A stretch of DNA of 64,000 nucleotides, from the NCBI GenBank assembly GCA_026025075.1, contig JAPEUI010000030.1, forward strand, positions 1-64,000, written 5' to 3'. A program made the translations under genes and the position numbers. The notes beneath the pieces are model-generated. The model saw only the letters and a list, made by a program, of their open reading frames with translations, was not told where the DNA came from and searched no databases. This DNA is from Vezdaea acicularis (taxonomy: Eukaryota). Positions 24,719-34,471 of this stretch are shown here, piece by piece. Every line of letters starts with the position of its first letter. Position 1 is the first letter of the stretch.

Positions 24719-25116
24719 TCAATGCTTTGCCTTCTCTTCTGATTCCGCCTTCTGCATGAAATCCCTGGCGAAGCAATGTTAGCAAGTCAAGGAACGCAAA
24801 GTGACCACCCAAACATCAGCCAGAGTGATGATGAACCCCCAATCTTACTTTATGAATGACTCTTCCTCCGAACTCTGTGCTTGAATTGGAGGTCCTTGCT
24901 GCTTCGACTTCTTATCACCTCCCATGGCAAGAGCTGCCCCAGCGAACGTCGTACCCAAGGTTGCTATCGCTAGCTATGGCGAAGTGGTCAGCTTCTGAGT
25001 GATTACTCTACAATTGAAGGGCGAAAGGATTGTCGGGGAAAGCGTGTCACAATCCTTGATGGACGTACTATATGAGAGCCAACTTGGCGTCCGAAGACGG
25101 TATATTGCGCAACCAT
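24719..25116 (-). CDS. ATP19: Mitochondrial ATP synthase subunit k
   Basis: 3 exons (25069-25116, 24849-24973, 24719-~24764) giving MVAQYTVFGRQVGSHILAIATLGTTFAGAALAMGGDKKSKQQGPPIQAQSSEEESFIKDFMQKAESEEKAKH. Confidence 0.88.
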
Positions 25117-25433
25117 ATCGACAGATTGCTCTCGGAGGTCTTCGAGGTGGTGATTTAGCAGTACAATGATGAGTGGCGCCGCGATTGAGAGCTGATTGAG
25201 AAGGTGCTCGATGAGGTTGAGCTTCCGCAAGATCGTTACAGGAAATAAATGACTAAGCCCCATTGGGAAAGCTCGTCAGCGTGCTCGGCACGAGAGCACC
25301 GCATGCGAGTCACGTAACTTGTATCACGAACGAAGCAACCCTCGGGTTTCTTTTATAGTATAGGGTACCGCAGTCATAAAAGCCCGCCTGAACCTTCATG
25401 CAAGCTGCTTGCAAAGCTTAGCAAGCAGTTACA

Positions 25434-26340
25434 ATGCCAGGCAAAGGCTCAAAAGACGACGATATACCCCACCTCGAAAACGGACGGCGCCCAGGCAATG
25501 GCAATCACCCAGTGCCGAGCCAAAACTTACCTAGAGATCTTCAGAAGATAGTTGACAGAGAAGAAACATTATGGGATGAGGTGGTTGAAGGATAGTGCGC
25601 ACTCCCCCAAGCCAACGTCCTTATCGTGGGGCTCTTCTAACGTATGAAGTCAGTGCACCTGAATCGACAGATTCCAACATTCGTTACGCAGCGTACGCTT
25701 CCCGCATACGGACTGCGCTCATTTCCGCCCAACGCTACGTAGCCTATACTTCAGATATCGGGGAGTCCTTCAGGCCTATAGCTCATCCCAATCTAGTAAG
25801 GACTGCCTACGGAATATCTTGGGCATACCTTGTAGGTGATGTTGGACATGAGGGTTACAAAGCCTATTGCCGCAACCAACGAATACTTCACCCGGTCAAG
25901 TTTGCAGAATCCCTCAACAAGGAGGCGGGAGCGCAGCTACACGACGTAACGCAATTATCTCCCGGCGTTGTGCCCGCACTCGAGGACTATAGGACCATCA
26001 TGGTGCAGCGGGCGCTCTTCCAGGGCATCGCTAGCATGGGTCTTCCCGCCTTTACTATTCATAGCATTGTAAGATATTCAACGAGAGCTTTGAAGAGCGC
26101 GAAAAGTTCTACCGTCAGAGCCTATGTACCCATTGGCGTAAGGAACGAAACTTCTCTTAGTGGAACATTGCTAACCCGAACCCATAGCTTGGACTTGCAG
26201 CTGTTCCCTTTTTACCATTCGTGTTCGACAAACCTGTAGAAGAGGCTGTAGAATGGACCTTTCACAAGGCATTTGAAGCGTATGGCGGAGAGAAGGCCGT
26301 GAAGCACTCACCACCGAAAATTAAAGAAAAGGAATTGTAG
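25434..26340 (+). CDS. MTP18: Mitochondrial fission process protein 1 (MTP18/MTFP1 family)
   Basis: Introns 25595-25653 and ~26138-26188; motifs STDSNIRYAAY, RYVAYTSDIGESFRP, AYGISWAYLVGDV, FQGIASMGLPAFTIH, FDKPVEEAVE. Confidence 0.9.
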
Positions 26341-26805
26341 GCCAGTTGGATATGATCTATCTGAACATGAGCTGCCTATCTGCTTTGTACATAACGAACT
26401 TGGCGTCTTGGATATTCGCTGGGATTATGGGTATCATTCTGCTCTGAAATACTACTCTGGGATCAGTATGGAGATTTAGGTGCATATACTCTCGTTGAGA
26501 CTATAAATCATGAAGAAAAGGCTCTCTGTGTAATCAATGTCATCTTCGTCATCTCGAGCGAAGCCGTCTAAGTCAAGCGTGGCTTCCCCGTCTAATAGCG
26601 GGAGCGAATTGGCCGGTTTGTTCCTGCATTTAAGGCGCAGTCGCGTTGAAATAAGCGAGCGAATTCATGGATCTCTCCGTCAAACGTCAAACAGTCAACA
26701 AAGGTTATTGGACCATCGCGGGCGAGAGCCTCTTCAGGGCATACGCCAAAGTTTCCTGCATCTCAAGCCGCCAACTCTCGCCGTTCAGCCCTGTATCTTT
26801 GAATA

Positions 26806-29800
26806 ATGGACGGTCTTCCGTCACCGTCAAGACGCGGGCGTACGCCGATGCCGTCACCCGCCCCTTTACCGCCTACAACAAACCACGACGGTGCACTCTC
26901 AAACTCTTTGAAACGGCTTTCACTGTCTACTGCTTCCGCTACTGCATTGCCAGAGTCATCTCCAGTCAATTCTCCAAGAAAGAACCATAATAATACTACG
27001 GGCCACTTCGCGTCTTCCCCTGTTTCCAATGCCTCACAGCGGGTCTTACGAAGAACTTCCAGCTCAATCGACGTGGATAGACGATCAGCAACACCCACAC
27101 TGAGCAAGAAGTCATCCATCTCGTCTATGAAAGGGTCGAATGGGCCATCGTCCCGTCCGTCTCTATCTCGACAAGCCTCGTCCACGAATTTCGCTTCGTC
27201 TCCTACGTCAATGGTTTGTAGGTATTCCCCGCCAGAGAACGCAGACCAGCCCGCGCCTCCGCCAGTAACTCCGAGCTCGATTGCAGCCAAAAACTTTTTG
27301 GAGGAACTAGAATTGCATGCTCAGGATGATGTGGAAGGAAAGGCGGGAAAGACAGTTGTAATCCTCCAAGATTCTTGCTACGGTCACCGGTATTCTAGAC
27401 CGAGAACTTCAAAGGCAAACTTGAGCACAATAGTCGAGCGGCCAGAGAGGATACATGCTAGCGTCTTGGGGATATCTGCAGCATACATACGCCTTGGTGG
27501 GAGACACGCCAATGGGCGATATCCACCTCATCCGAAGAAGCATCCCAAAACTCTGCCAACCCTTCCATTCCGAATCCAAAGGTCTTCTCGATCCGTGCCA
27601 TTGTCAGATCCTGTCGTCACACAAGTCCATGGAGCCAAATGGATGGAGGAACTCACGGCTATGTGTAGAGCAGCCGAAACGAAATTGGCACTGAACGGCA
27701 AAGAGCTCACAAGGCCAGAAATGGGAAGTCACATTACAGAGGACGAGAAGCCGAGGCTGCACGAGGGTGATCTATATCTCTGTTCGGACTCGCTGGATGC
27801 TTTACAGGGCTGCATTGGTGCTGTCTGTGATGGCGTTGATCAGGTCTTCAAGAAGAAGGGTAATACTACGCAGGGACCTTCACGAGCATTTGTTTGCATT
27901 CGACCACCCGGGCATCACTGCTCTTCAAGCTATCCTTCTGGATTCTGCTGGCTAAACAACGTCCATGTTGGCATTGCTCACGCTGCTATGGCACATGGTC
28001 TAACACATGCTGCCATCATCGACTTTGATCTTCATCATGGTGATGGATCGCAGACAATTGCGTGGGAGCACAATTCTCGGGCGATTCGAGCACCGAAGAA
28101 CGCTAGTGCAGCCAAGAAAACGGCGATCGGGTATTTCAGCGTGCATGATATCAATTCTTATCCATGTGAAATGGGGGATGAGGAAAAGGTCAGAAATGCT
28201 AGCTTGTGTTTGGAGAACGCTCATGGCCAAACCATCTGGAACGTCCACCTCCAACCCTGGAAGCACGACTTGGATTTTTGGCAGCTTTACAGCGACCGTT
28301 ATTCTGTGCTCCTAGAGAAGGCTCGAGCGTTCCTCCGTCATCATACTCAGCGGCTATCGGGGGCCTCCAACCAGGGACCACCCAAAGCCGCAATCTTCTT
28401 GTCTGCAGGTTTCGACGCGAGCGAATGGGAAGGTCAGGGGATGCAAAGGCATAAAGTCAACGTGCCCACGGACTTTTTTGCAAAGCTCACGAGTGATGTC
28501 GTGAAGCTTGCTGAAGAGGAAGGATTAGGGGTAGATGGCAGAATTATCAGTGTCCTCGAAGGGGGCTACAGTGATCGAGCACTCTGCAGCGGTGTCTTGA
28601 GTCACCTCAGTGGCTTGGCAGGAACAAATACCACCGAGACGGGAGGGGAAGTCGAAGCAGACGGTGGCCTTGGCTTAGAGATGCGGGACCGGATTGGCCC
28701 TATGGCCTCTGTAAGCGAAGAGAACGAGATGTCTAATTCGAACGACCATATCCCCTTCGATTCAAAGTGGTGGGCTCTGCGTCGTCTGGAGGAGCTTGAG
28801 GAGTTGGTCAACCCGCCATCAGCTCCGTTACCTGCAAAGAAGCCAAAGAGCAACGGCCCACCAACCTATGCAACGCCCACGCAATCGTTCGCTGCCAAAG
28901 TGGTATCATCGCCGAAGGCTCGGCGCACATCATCTATGGGATTCCCTAGCTCACCCAAGTCGCTTTCATCCAGGCCACCAAGTCCGCCTCCTCCAGAAGT
29001 AGACTGGGCGACGGCAGCACACGAGCTTAGCAAATTGCTCATACCTTCTGACCGCCAGACAAAAAGTCATAAGCCTGAAGAGCTCTCTGCAGAGGCTAGC
29101 CGCGCCAAGCGGGATCGTGAGAGACGTGCATCTATCAGCTTATCTGCCGATCCTGAGCTGGTCAATGAGAAAAGGATGCAATTAAGGACCAGGAATGCTC
29201 GAGCAGCCAATGCAAATGCTCCGGAAGATGATGCCGAACGTCCTCTATCCAGAGCTGACCGACGCAAAACTGTTGCTGGGGCCAGTCTTATCGCGGATAA
29301 CGCGGCAGCTCATTCTAGGGGGAGTAGCGTCGTTGTTGCAAGTCGGAGGAGGCGATCGAGCACAGCTTCCATTGGATCGGCTTTGACTGATATTTCATAC
29401 CAATCCAAGACCATGGGTGTTCCTCGTACGACATCGTCAATGGGCACGAAGAGCACTAACGCTAACATTCCGGCACGAAAGCCTCGGGTTCCCTCAAGCA
29501 CACGAGCAGAGCCTGTGAAAGGACGTGGGTTGAAGAAGCAACCAGCGATGCCGTCTCTACCTTCAGACGTGTCTGCTTCTTTAACAGGTGCAAGCGCACT
29601 GGCTGCTAAAAGCGAAAACGGTGACAGAGCTGCTGGACCCACGGAAGGCGGCCTCGACGAGATCGCCAACAGCATGAAGAAAATGACTCTTAAACTCAAC
29701 GTTCCGACGAAAGAAGAGCATGAGGCACGGGAGAAGGAGAAGGCTGCTAAGACCAGAGCGCCTGTAAAGACTACGCGAAAAGCACCTGCACCGAAGACCA

Positions 29801-30357
29801 CGAAGGCCGCTGCTCCGAGGAAGGTCAGCCCCAAAAACAACAGCAACAACAACGACAACAGTCTTCCTCCAACAGCGCAACCTCCTGTGAGCAACGGATA
29901 CGTCTCTGCAATCAGTAATTTACCAGTTCAAGAACCTGTTGAAGACTCTCTTGTACATACGGGGCCCATTCCCCAAGGAGACCTTCCCACCTCTATTACA
30001 GCCATGGGCCCTCCTCCCACCTCCCTTAAGCTCGGCCCCTCAGATTCCCCTCCCTTTACTGCCGAATTCGTACCATACACGCACCAGCCCCACGAACCAC
30101 CACCCTCCCTCCCACAACAGCCCCTCGTCTGGCTCGACCCCAACACCGGGACGCCGCAGCCTGCAAAGCGAGGCGACCTCCCCATCTTCACCTCCAGCTC
30201 GCCCATCCCCTTTGGCAAGCCCAGCAGTCTAGGAGGAAAGACGTCTTTTGCTCCGCCCACTAGCAGCACCGGCACCAGTGAAGATAAGCACGAGAAGGAT
30301 GCGCTGGATAAGGATGTGGATATATGGGCCGTGCCAGAGACGCCGGTGAAGAAGTGA
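26806..30357 (+). CDS. HOS3: Histone deacetylase, Hos3/HosB-type
   Basis: IVERPERI, RPPGHH, GFCWLNNVH, IIDFDLHHGDGSQ, SAGFDASEWE, SVLEGGYS; long disordered N- and C-terminal regions. Confidence 0.93.
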   Translation: MDGLPSPSRRGRTPMPSPAPLPPTTNHDGALSNSLKRLSLSTASATALPESSPVNSPRKNHNNTTGHFASSPVSNASQRVLRRTSSSIDVDRRSATPTLSKKSSISSMKGSNGPSSRPSLSRQASSTNFASSPTSMVCRYSPPENADQPAPPPVTPSSIAAKNFLEELELHAQDDVEGKAGKTVVILQDSCYGHRYSRPRTSKANLSTIVERPERIHASVLGISAAYIRLGGRHANGRYPPHPKKHPKTLPTLPFRIQRSSRSVPLSDPVVTQVHGAKWMEELTAMCRAAETKLALNGKELTRPEMGSHITEDEKPRLHEGDLYLCSDSLDALQGCIGAVCDGVDQVFKKKGNTTQGPSRAFVCIRPPGHHCSSSYPSGFCWLNNVHVGIAHAAMAHGLTHAAIIDFDLHHGDGSQTIAWEHNSRAIRAPKNASAAKKTAIGYFSVHDINSYPCEMGDEEKVRNASLCLENAHGQTIWNVHLQPWKHDLDFWQLYSDRYSVLLEKARAFLRHHTQRLSGASNQGPPKAAIFLSAGFDASEWEGQGMQRHKVNVPTDFFAKLTSDVVKLAEEEGLGVDGRIISVLEGGYSDRALCSGVLSHLSGLAGTNTTETGGEVEADGGLGLEMRDRIGPMASVSEENEMSNSNDHIPFDSKWWALRRLEELEELVNPPSAPLPAKKPKSNGPPTYATPTQSFAAKVVSSPKARRTSSMGFPSSPKSLSSRPPSPPPPEVDWATAAHELSKLLIPSDRQTKSHKPEELSAEASRAKRDRERRASISLSADPELVNEKRMQLRTRNARAANANAPEDDAERPLSRADRRKTVAGASLIADNAAAHSRGSSVVVASRRRRSSTASIGSALTDISYQSKTMGVPRTTSSMGTKSTNANIPARKPRVPSSTRAEPVKGRGLKKQPAMPSLPSDVSASLTGASALAAKSENGDRAAGPTEGGLDEIANSMKKMTLKLNVPTKEEHEAREKEKAAKTRAPVKTTRKAPAPKTTKAAAPRKVSPKNNSNNNDNSLPPTAQPPVSNGYVSAISNLPVQEPVEDSLVHTGPIPQGDLPTSITAMGPPPTSLKLGPSDSPPFTAEFVPYTHQPHEPPPSLPQQPLVWLDPNTGTPQPAKRGDLPIFTSSSPIPFGKPSSLGGKTSFAPPTSSTGTSEDKHEKDALDKDVDIWAVPETPVKK

Positions 30358-33300
30358 TGGTCGCTTTGTTTCTTTGGGTCTTGCATTCATCCTGGGGTTT
30401 CTTTGTCTGTCAAGCACAGGTGGGCGAACGAGCAGGCGTATTTCGTCCGATTCACCTCCCGTGGATTTGCCGTGGCGCAGTGAGCTTTCATCACAGCACT
30501 TTCTTCAACCCTGCTGGCCCCTACATCATGATGTCTTTTTGTCTGCCCGCACGGTGTTTAATGGGAAAGCTGCGCGAGATGGAGCGAGAGAGAGAGAGAG
30601 AGATACCCCATCCCCCTATTCTTTCCTTGGAGACGGACACGTCGTCGTAGGAAATCCCCCCATCGGCACTTTCGTATAGCTAGCTAGCGAACAGCTGGTT
30701 CTGTCCACTTGCGCGTAGTTTAGTGCTTCATTCTTCTAGAAATTTCATCTTGAATTTATTGTAACAACTTCTAAGTTCGATTATGACGCCCCCGTCTATC
30801 CATCCATCCATCCAAAAACCCCCCCTTCCCCACCCTCGAGGCAGAATACCGTTCTTGTTCAGTGGGACGTTTTATTTGAGAAATTTCTGACTCGTTCTAA
30901 TTCTTTATTATTTTTTGGGGTGTTGCGGTCTTGGTGGTGGGGTCTGCGGAATGGGGGTTTATTCGAGGTTTTATCTGGTGTGGGTTTCTTTTCTCGTGGT
31001 TATTCTTCTCGCGATATTTCCCGTTACCTCACTCTACGTGTCTACACATACCGATCGCAGCGACAAATCCCATGCGCCCTCATCGCCCCTACAGTAGAAT
31101 AGAAATACCAAAACGCAAAAATAGGCAATACGGGTACCCATCATAAGGCTATCTCGGCCAAGCTATGCATGGGTGTTATTTCTGGGCGTGCCAGCCAGCC
31201 GACCGGCCGGCCGCCAAGGGCGCCTTTTGCCGTGCGTGGCCTTTTGGGGGGGTGGAGGGGCGTGACTGGTTGCTTTGCCGCAGAGAGACGTTTTGGTGGT
31301 TGGGGTGGGGGAGGGGGAAAACGACAAGGAGGACGAGGAGGAGGGATGAATGAGCGAGGAGCAACGAGTAACAACCCCTCTCTCGCTGTCTACTGTATGT
31401 ATCTATCCCTCTATCCACGAAGCGTTGACTCGTGTACAGAGGATACTCTTTATCCATGGTACCGACTTTTGCCCAGGCACCTGAACGGATAGAAAAGTTT
31501 ACTTTCTGGAGGCGTTTTATTGGTAGGTCCTCTCCCCCCCCCCGCAGATCCCATAACCAATAAATCGGCGGTGGGGTTCAGACGCATGCCCTACGAAAAA
31601 AGTGTTGGTACGATGGGGTCTACAGTAGCCGACGATGCGAGAGAGACGGGGACGGAGATGCACGCATGCTGCAGGAGAGGTACCGCGTGCGTCGGCGGGT
31701 TATGAGTGGACTTTGTTTCTTGCTTGTCACTCCGAACGCTCTCTCTCTCTTCGCTTGCTCCGCTCCGCTCTACTTCCGCTGTCCCCGTTTACGAGTCCCC
31801 GTTGAGAGAAAAGTGGGACGACGAGACGTTTAACGGCAGTGCATGGAAGGGAGGACGACGGGTACAGACACCGAGACTTGTCACGGACGCATGCGAGTGG
31901 TCCTGGCCGCGATGGTACATACAGGGAGGAACGTGGTCGACGTACAGGTACCGGCATGATCTGTCGTCCTCTTCTCTGCGGTTTTCTGTCACTCGAGCCA
32001 TGGGGCACGATGTCGCTTGCATCGGTGTCCTTTGTGAGCCTTTTGTGTAGACAGGAGGAGGTTGCTGGTTGCTGGCGGCCCTTTTCGGCCCCCAGTCCAT
32101 TTATGTGAACCGTGGGGCTTGCCGCAGGTGGGAAGGGGACTAACGAGGAGAGGAGACCCTGCAAAGGCCATTGGAGGCTGGAGTCCAACATCGCGATCGT
32201 CACGCTCAACAGTTTGGCAACATGCGGGAGGAAAGAAAGAAAGGAAGCTATCCACTTTGTCACCGGAGGTCAAGACTGTGTCTTCGGTGGATTTGCAATG
32301 CGATGCAGTTGCTTTCGCCGTCACATCGTGCCCCATGATGGTCAACATCGTCGGTTGACACTAGTTATTTGGGCCGCCGGTCCGGTGGAAAAAAGGGTCA
32401 AAGGGCTATTTATTGCGCAAACGCTTGTCCCACCCGAGGGGGTCTCGCTTAGGGGAAAGACGACGGTCGGCGACGCCGCAATCAGCCGGGACGACCACTC
32501 AGCGACGAGCGACGATGATGGGTCGTCGCCCATTCGCCGGTCCGCAAAGATGGAAATGTGTCCTGGGTGATGCTTTTCGCGATGGTGCGTCGACGGAGCG
32601 AGGGTTCCGCTCTTGTTTTCTTTGCGAGCGAGGGAGGGGCCGCAGAGATGTGACGCCAAGAGCCGGTCGAAGAGGCAGGGGAAATCAACAGGGAAGGAAC
32701 TCAGGGAGGGAAAAATACAGGGAGGGAAAGAGCGAAGGGCAGAGAGCTCTTCCCTGGCAAAAAGCACGAAGCCGGCGAGGGAGGGAGTCGGGGGGATTGC
32801 GGGATCACGGGTGGAGGGACTGAGTTGCTGTCCGTCTCGTCTGGCGTGTTCCAGGGGACTGCCCTGGCCGCACCGGAAGGGCGGCCACTCCGATCGCGAC
32901 ATTCTTCTTTTCGCTCTTCCTTGTCTCTCGCGGTCCCTGCGGCTGCTGCTGCTGCTGCTCTCTTTCTCTTTCGTATTTCTCTTGCCAAGCAAAAGCAGCC
33001 GTCACGACGACGTCTGTTGCCGTCGCCGTTTCGCTCGCCCTCGACGAAGGCACGAACAACGTGGGCCGGCCCCTCCGCCCTTCTTTCTAGTCGAGCGGGA
33101 GTTTAATTTCCTGGCGGCCAAGTGCGCGCGTGTGACTGGTCGTGTCCGCCGCCGGCTAGAGCAGCCAAGAGGGAAGGAGCCCTTTCGAGCGGCCGCCCTA
33201 CTAGCAACAGCAAGAGCGTCCCGGCCGAGTAAGATTGCCAGGAGCGACCGGCGAGGGGGGGCCCGCCGCGTGGGGCGCCGCGTGATTGGCCCGGTTGATG

Positions 33301-33589
33301 GCTGCACTGCCCGCTAGGTTGGGAGAGGCTTAGCGCGCTGTTGCTTGGCGCAGGTGGTGCCTGAGAGGGCGAGACAGAAGGAAGGAGCGAAGAGGGTGGG
33401 TGGGTGCCGCCTTGCAGGCCGAAGGAGGGAGGAGGGCCAGGAGGGCCAGGAGGGCCTGCGGGTGCGTCCAGGGTTGCGCCCGGGGGGGCTATTCGTAGAA
33501 CGGGCGAGTCTGACACGCCCCGGTCGCTGGCCCTGCACCGGCTGCTGTTCTCGCTGCTCTCTCGTTTCTGCCTGCTTTGTTGCTTGCCG

Positions 33590-33688
33590 TCGCTGCTGCT
33601 GCTGCTGCTGCTGCTTTTGCTGCTCTCGCCGCTTTTTCTGGCTCCTTCCGCCCACGCCCCCAATTCACCCCAATTCACCCAATTCTTC
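33590..33688. repeat. (GCT)n microsatellite followed by three tandem CCAATTC units
   Basis: gctgctgct run ~33592-33615; ccccaattcaccccaattcacccaattc ~33657-33685. Confidence 0.7.
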
Positions 33689-34471
33689 GCCCGCCGCGCG
33701 CAACCGCCTCCCACTGGCTCCAGCCCGTCGCTTCGCTTCCTCCTCCCTCGCTCCGCGCACCTTTCCCTCACTCGCTCACCTTCACCTCACCGTCGACCGC
33801 TTCTCTCCTCTCTCTTCCACTCCCACCGTCCCTCTCCGTCTCCATCCCCCATTCACTTCATCTTCTCTTCCTTTGTCCGCCGCCTTGCCCTGACTTCTCG
33901 ATCATCGGAAGCAGACATGCTCTAGCTTCGCGAGAGTCATGTTCGGTCTGGCCTTCTTCAATACGCGGCGAGCACCGCTATAAGCGACTTGTGAGTCTTT
34001 CCTTTTTCTCTCTCTGTCTGTCTCTTTCTTCCCCAAGCGCACGCAATTCTCTCTTTCCCGCCCTCCTGCTCCGATCCTTTGAGCATCGCGACCATCCGAA
34101 CCCTTCGCGTCGACTTCCGACACTCGATCGTCGCTCGACAAAGGACGTGGCTATATTTACTCTCAATGGGGACTCATTCGTTCGATCGTGCCTCGTGATG
34201 GACGCTAACCTGCTGGCTTTGCGACAGTTGCAGACACCTTCTCTTTGAAGCCACTTGATCTGTCAAATTCACTCTTTTGAACTCTCCACCCTGACAGTAG
34301 GTCTCCCGACTCGACGTTCCGGCTGCGGCCTGCCCGCCGTCAAAACTCTTGACACGACGCTCACTCATGCCAAAAGGATCAAACTTTACCATCTCTAGGA
34401 GCGATTTCTCGTCGTCATTTGATAGTTGGAAATACGGCCGGCCCTCCGACAAAGCGACCAGGACATACACG

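Noticed and set aside
30400..34340. Telomerase, SRP or RNase P/MRP RNA, or protein genes among the many overlapping ORFs
   Set aside because: No TAACCCTAA-type template or conserved boxes recognised; ORFs are low-complexity products of GC-rich repeats
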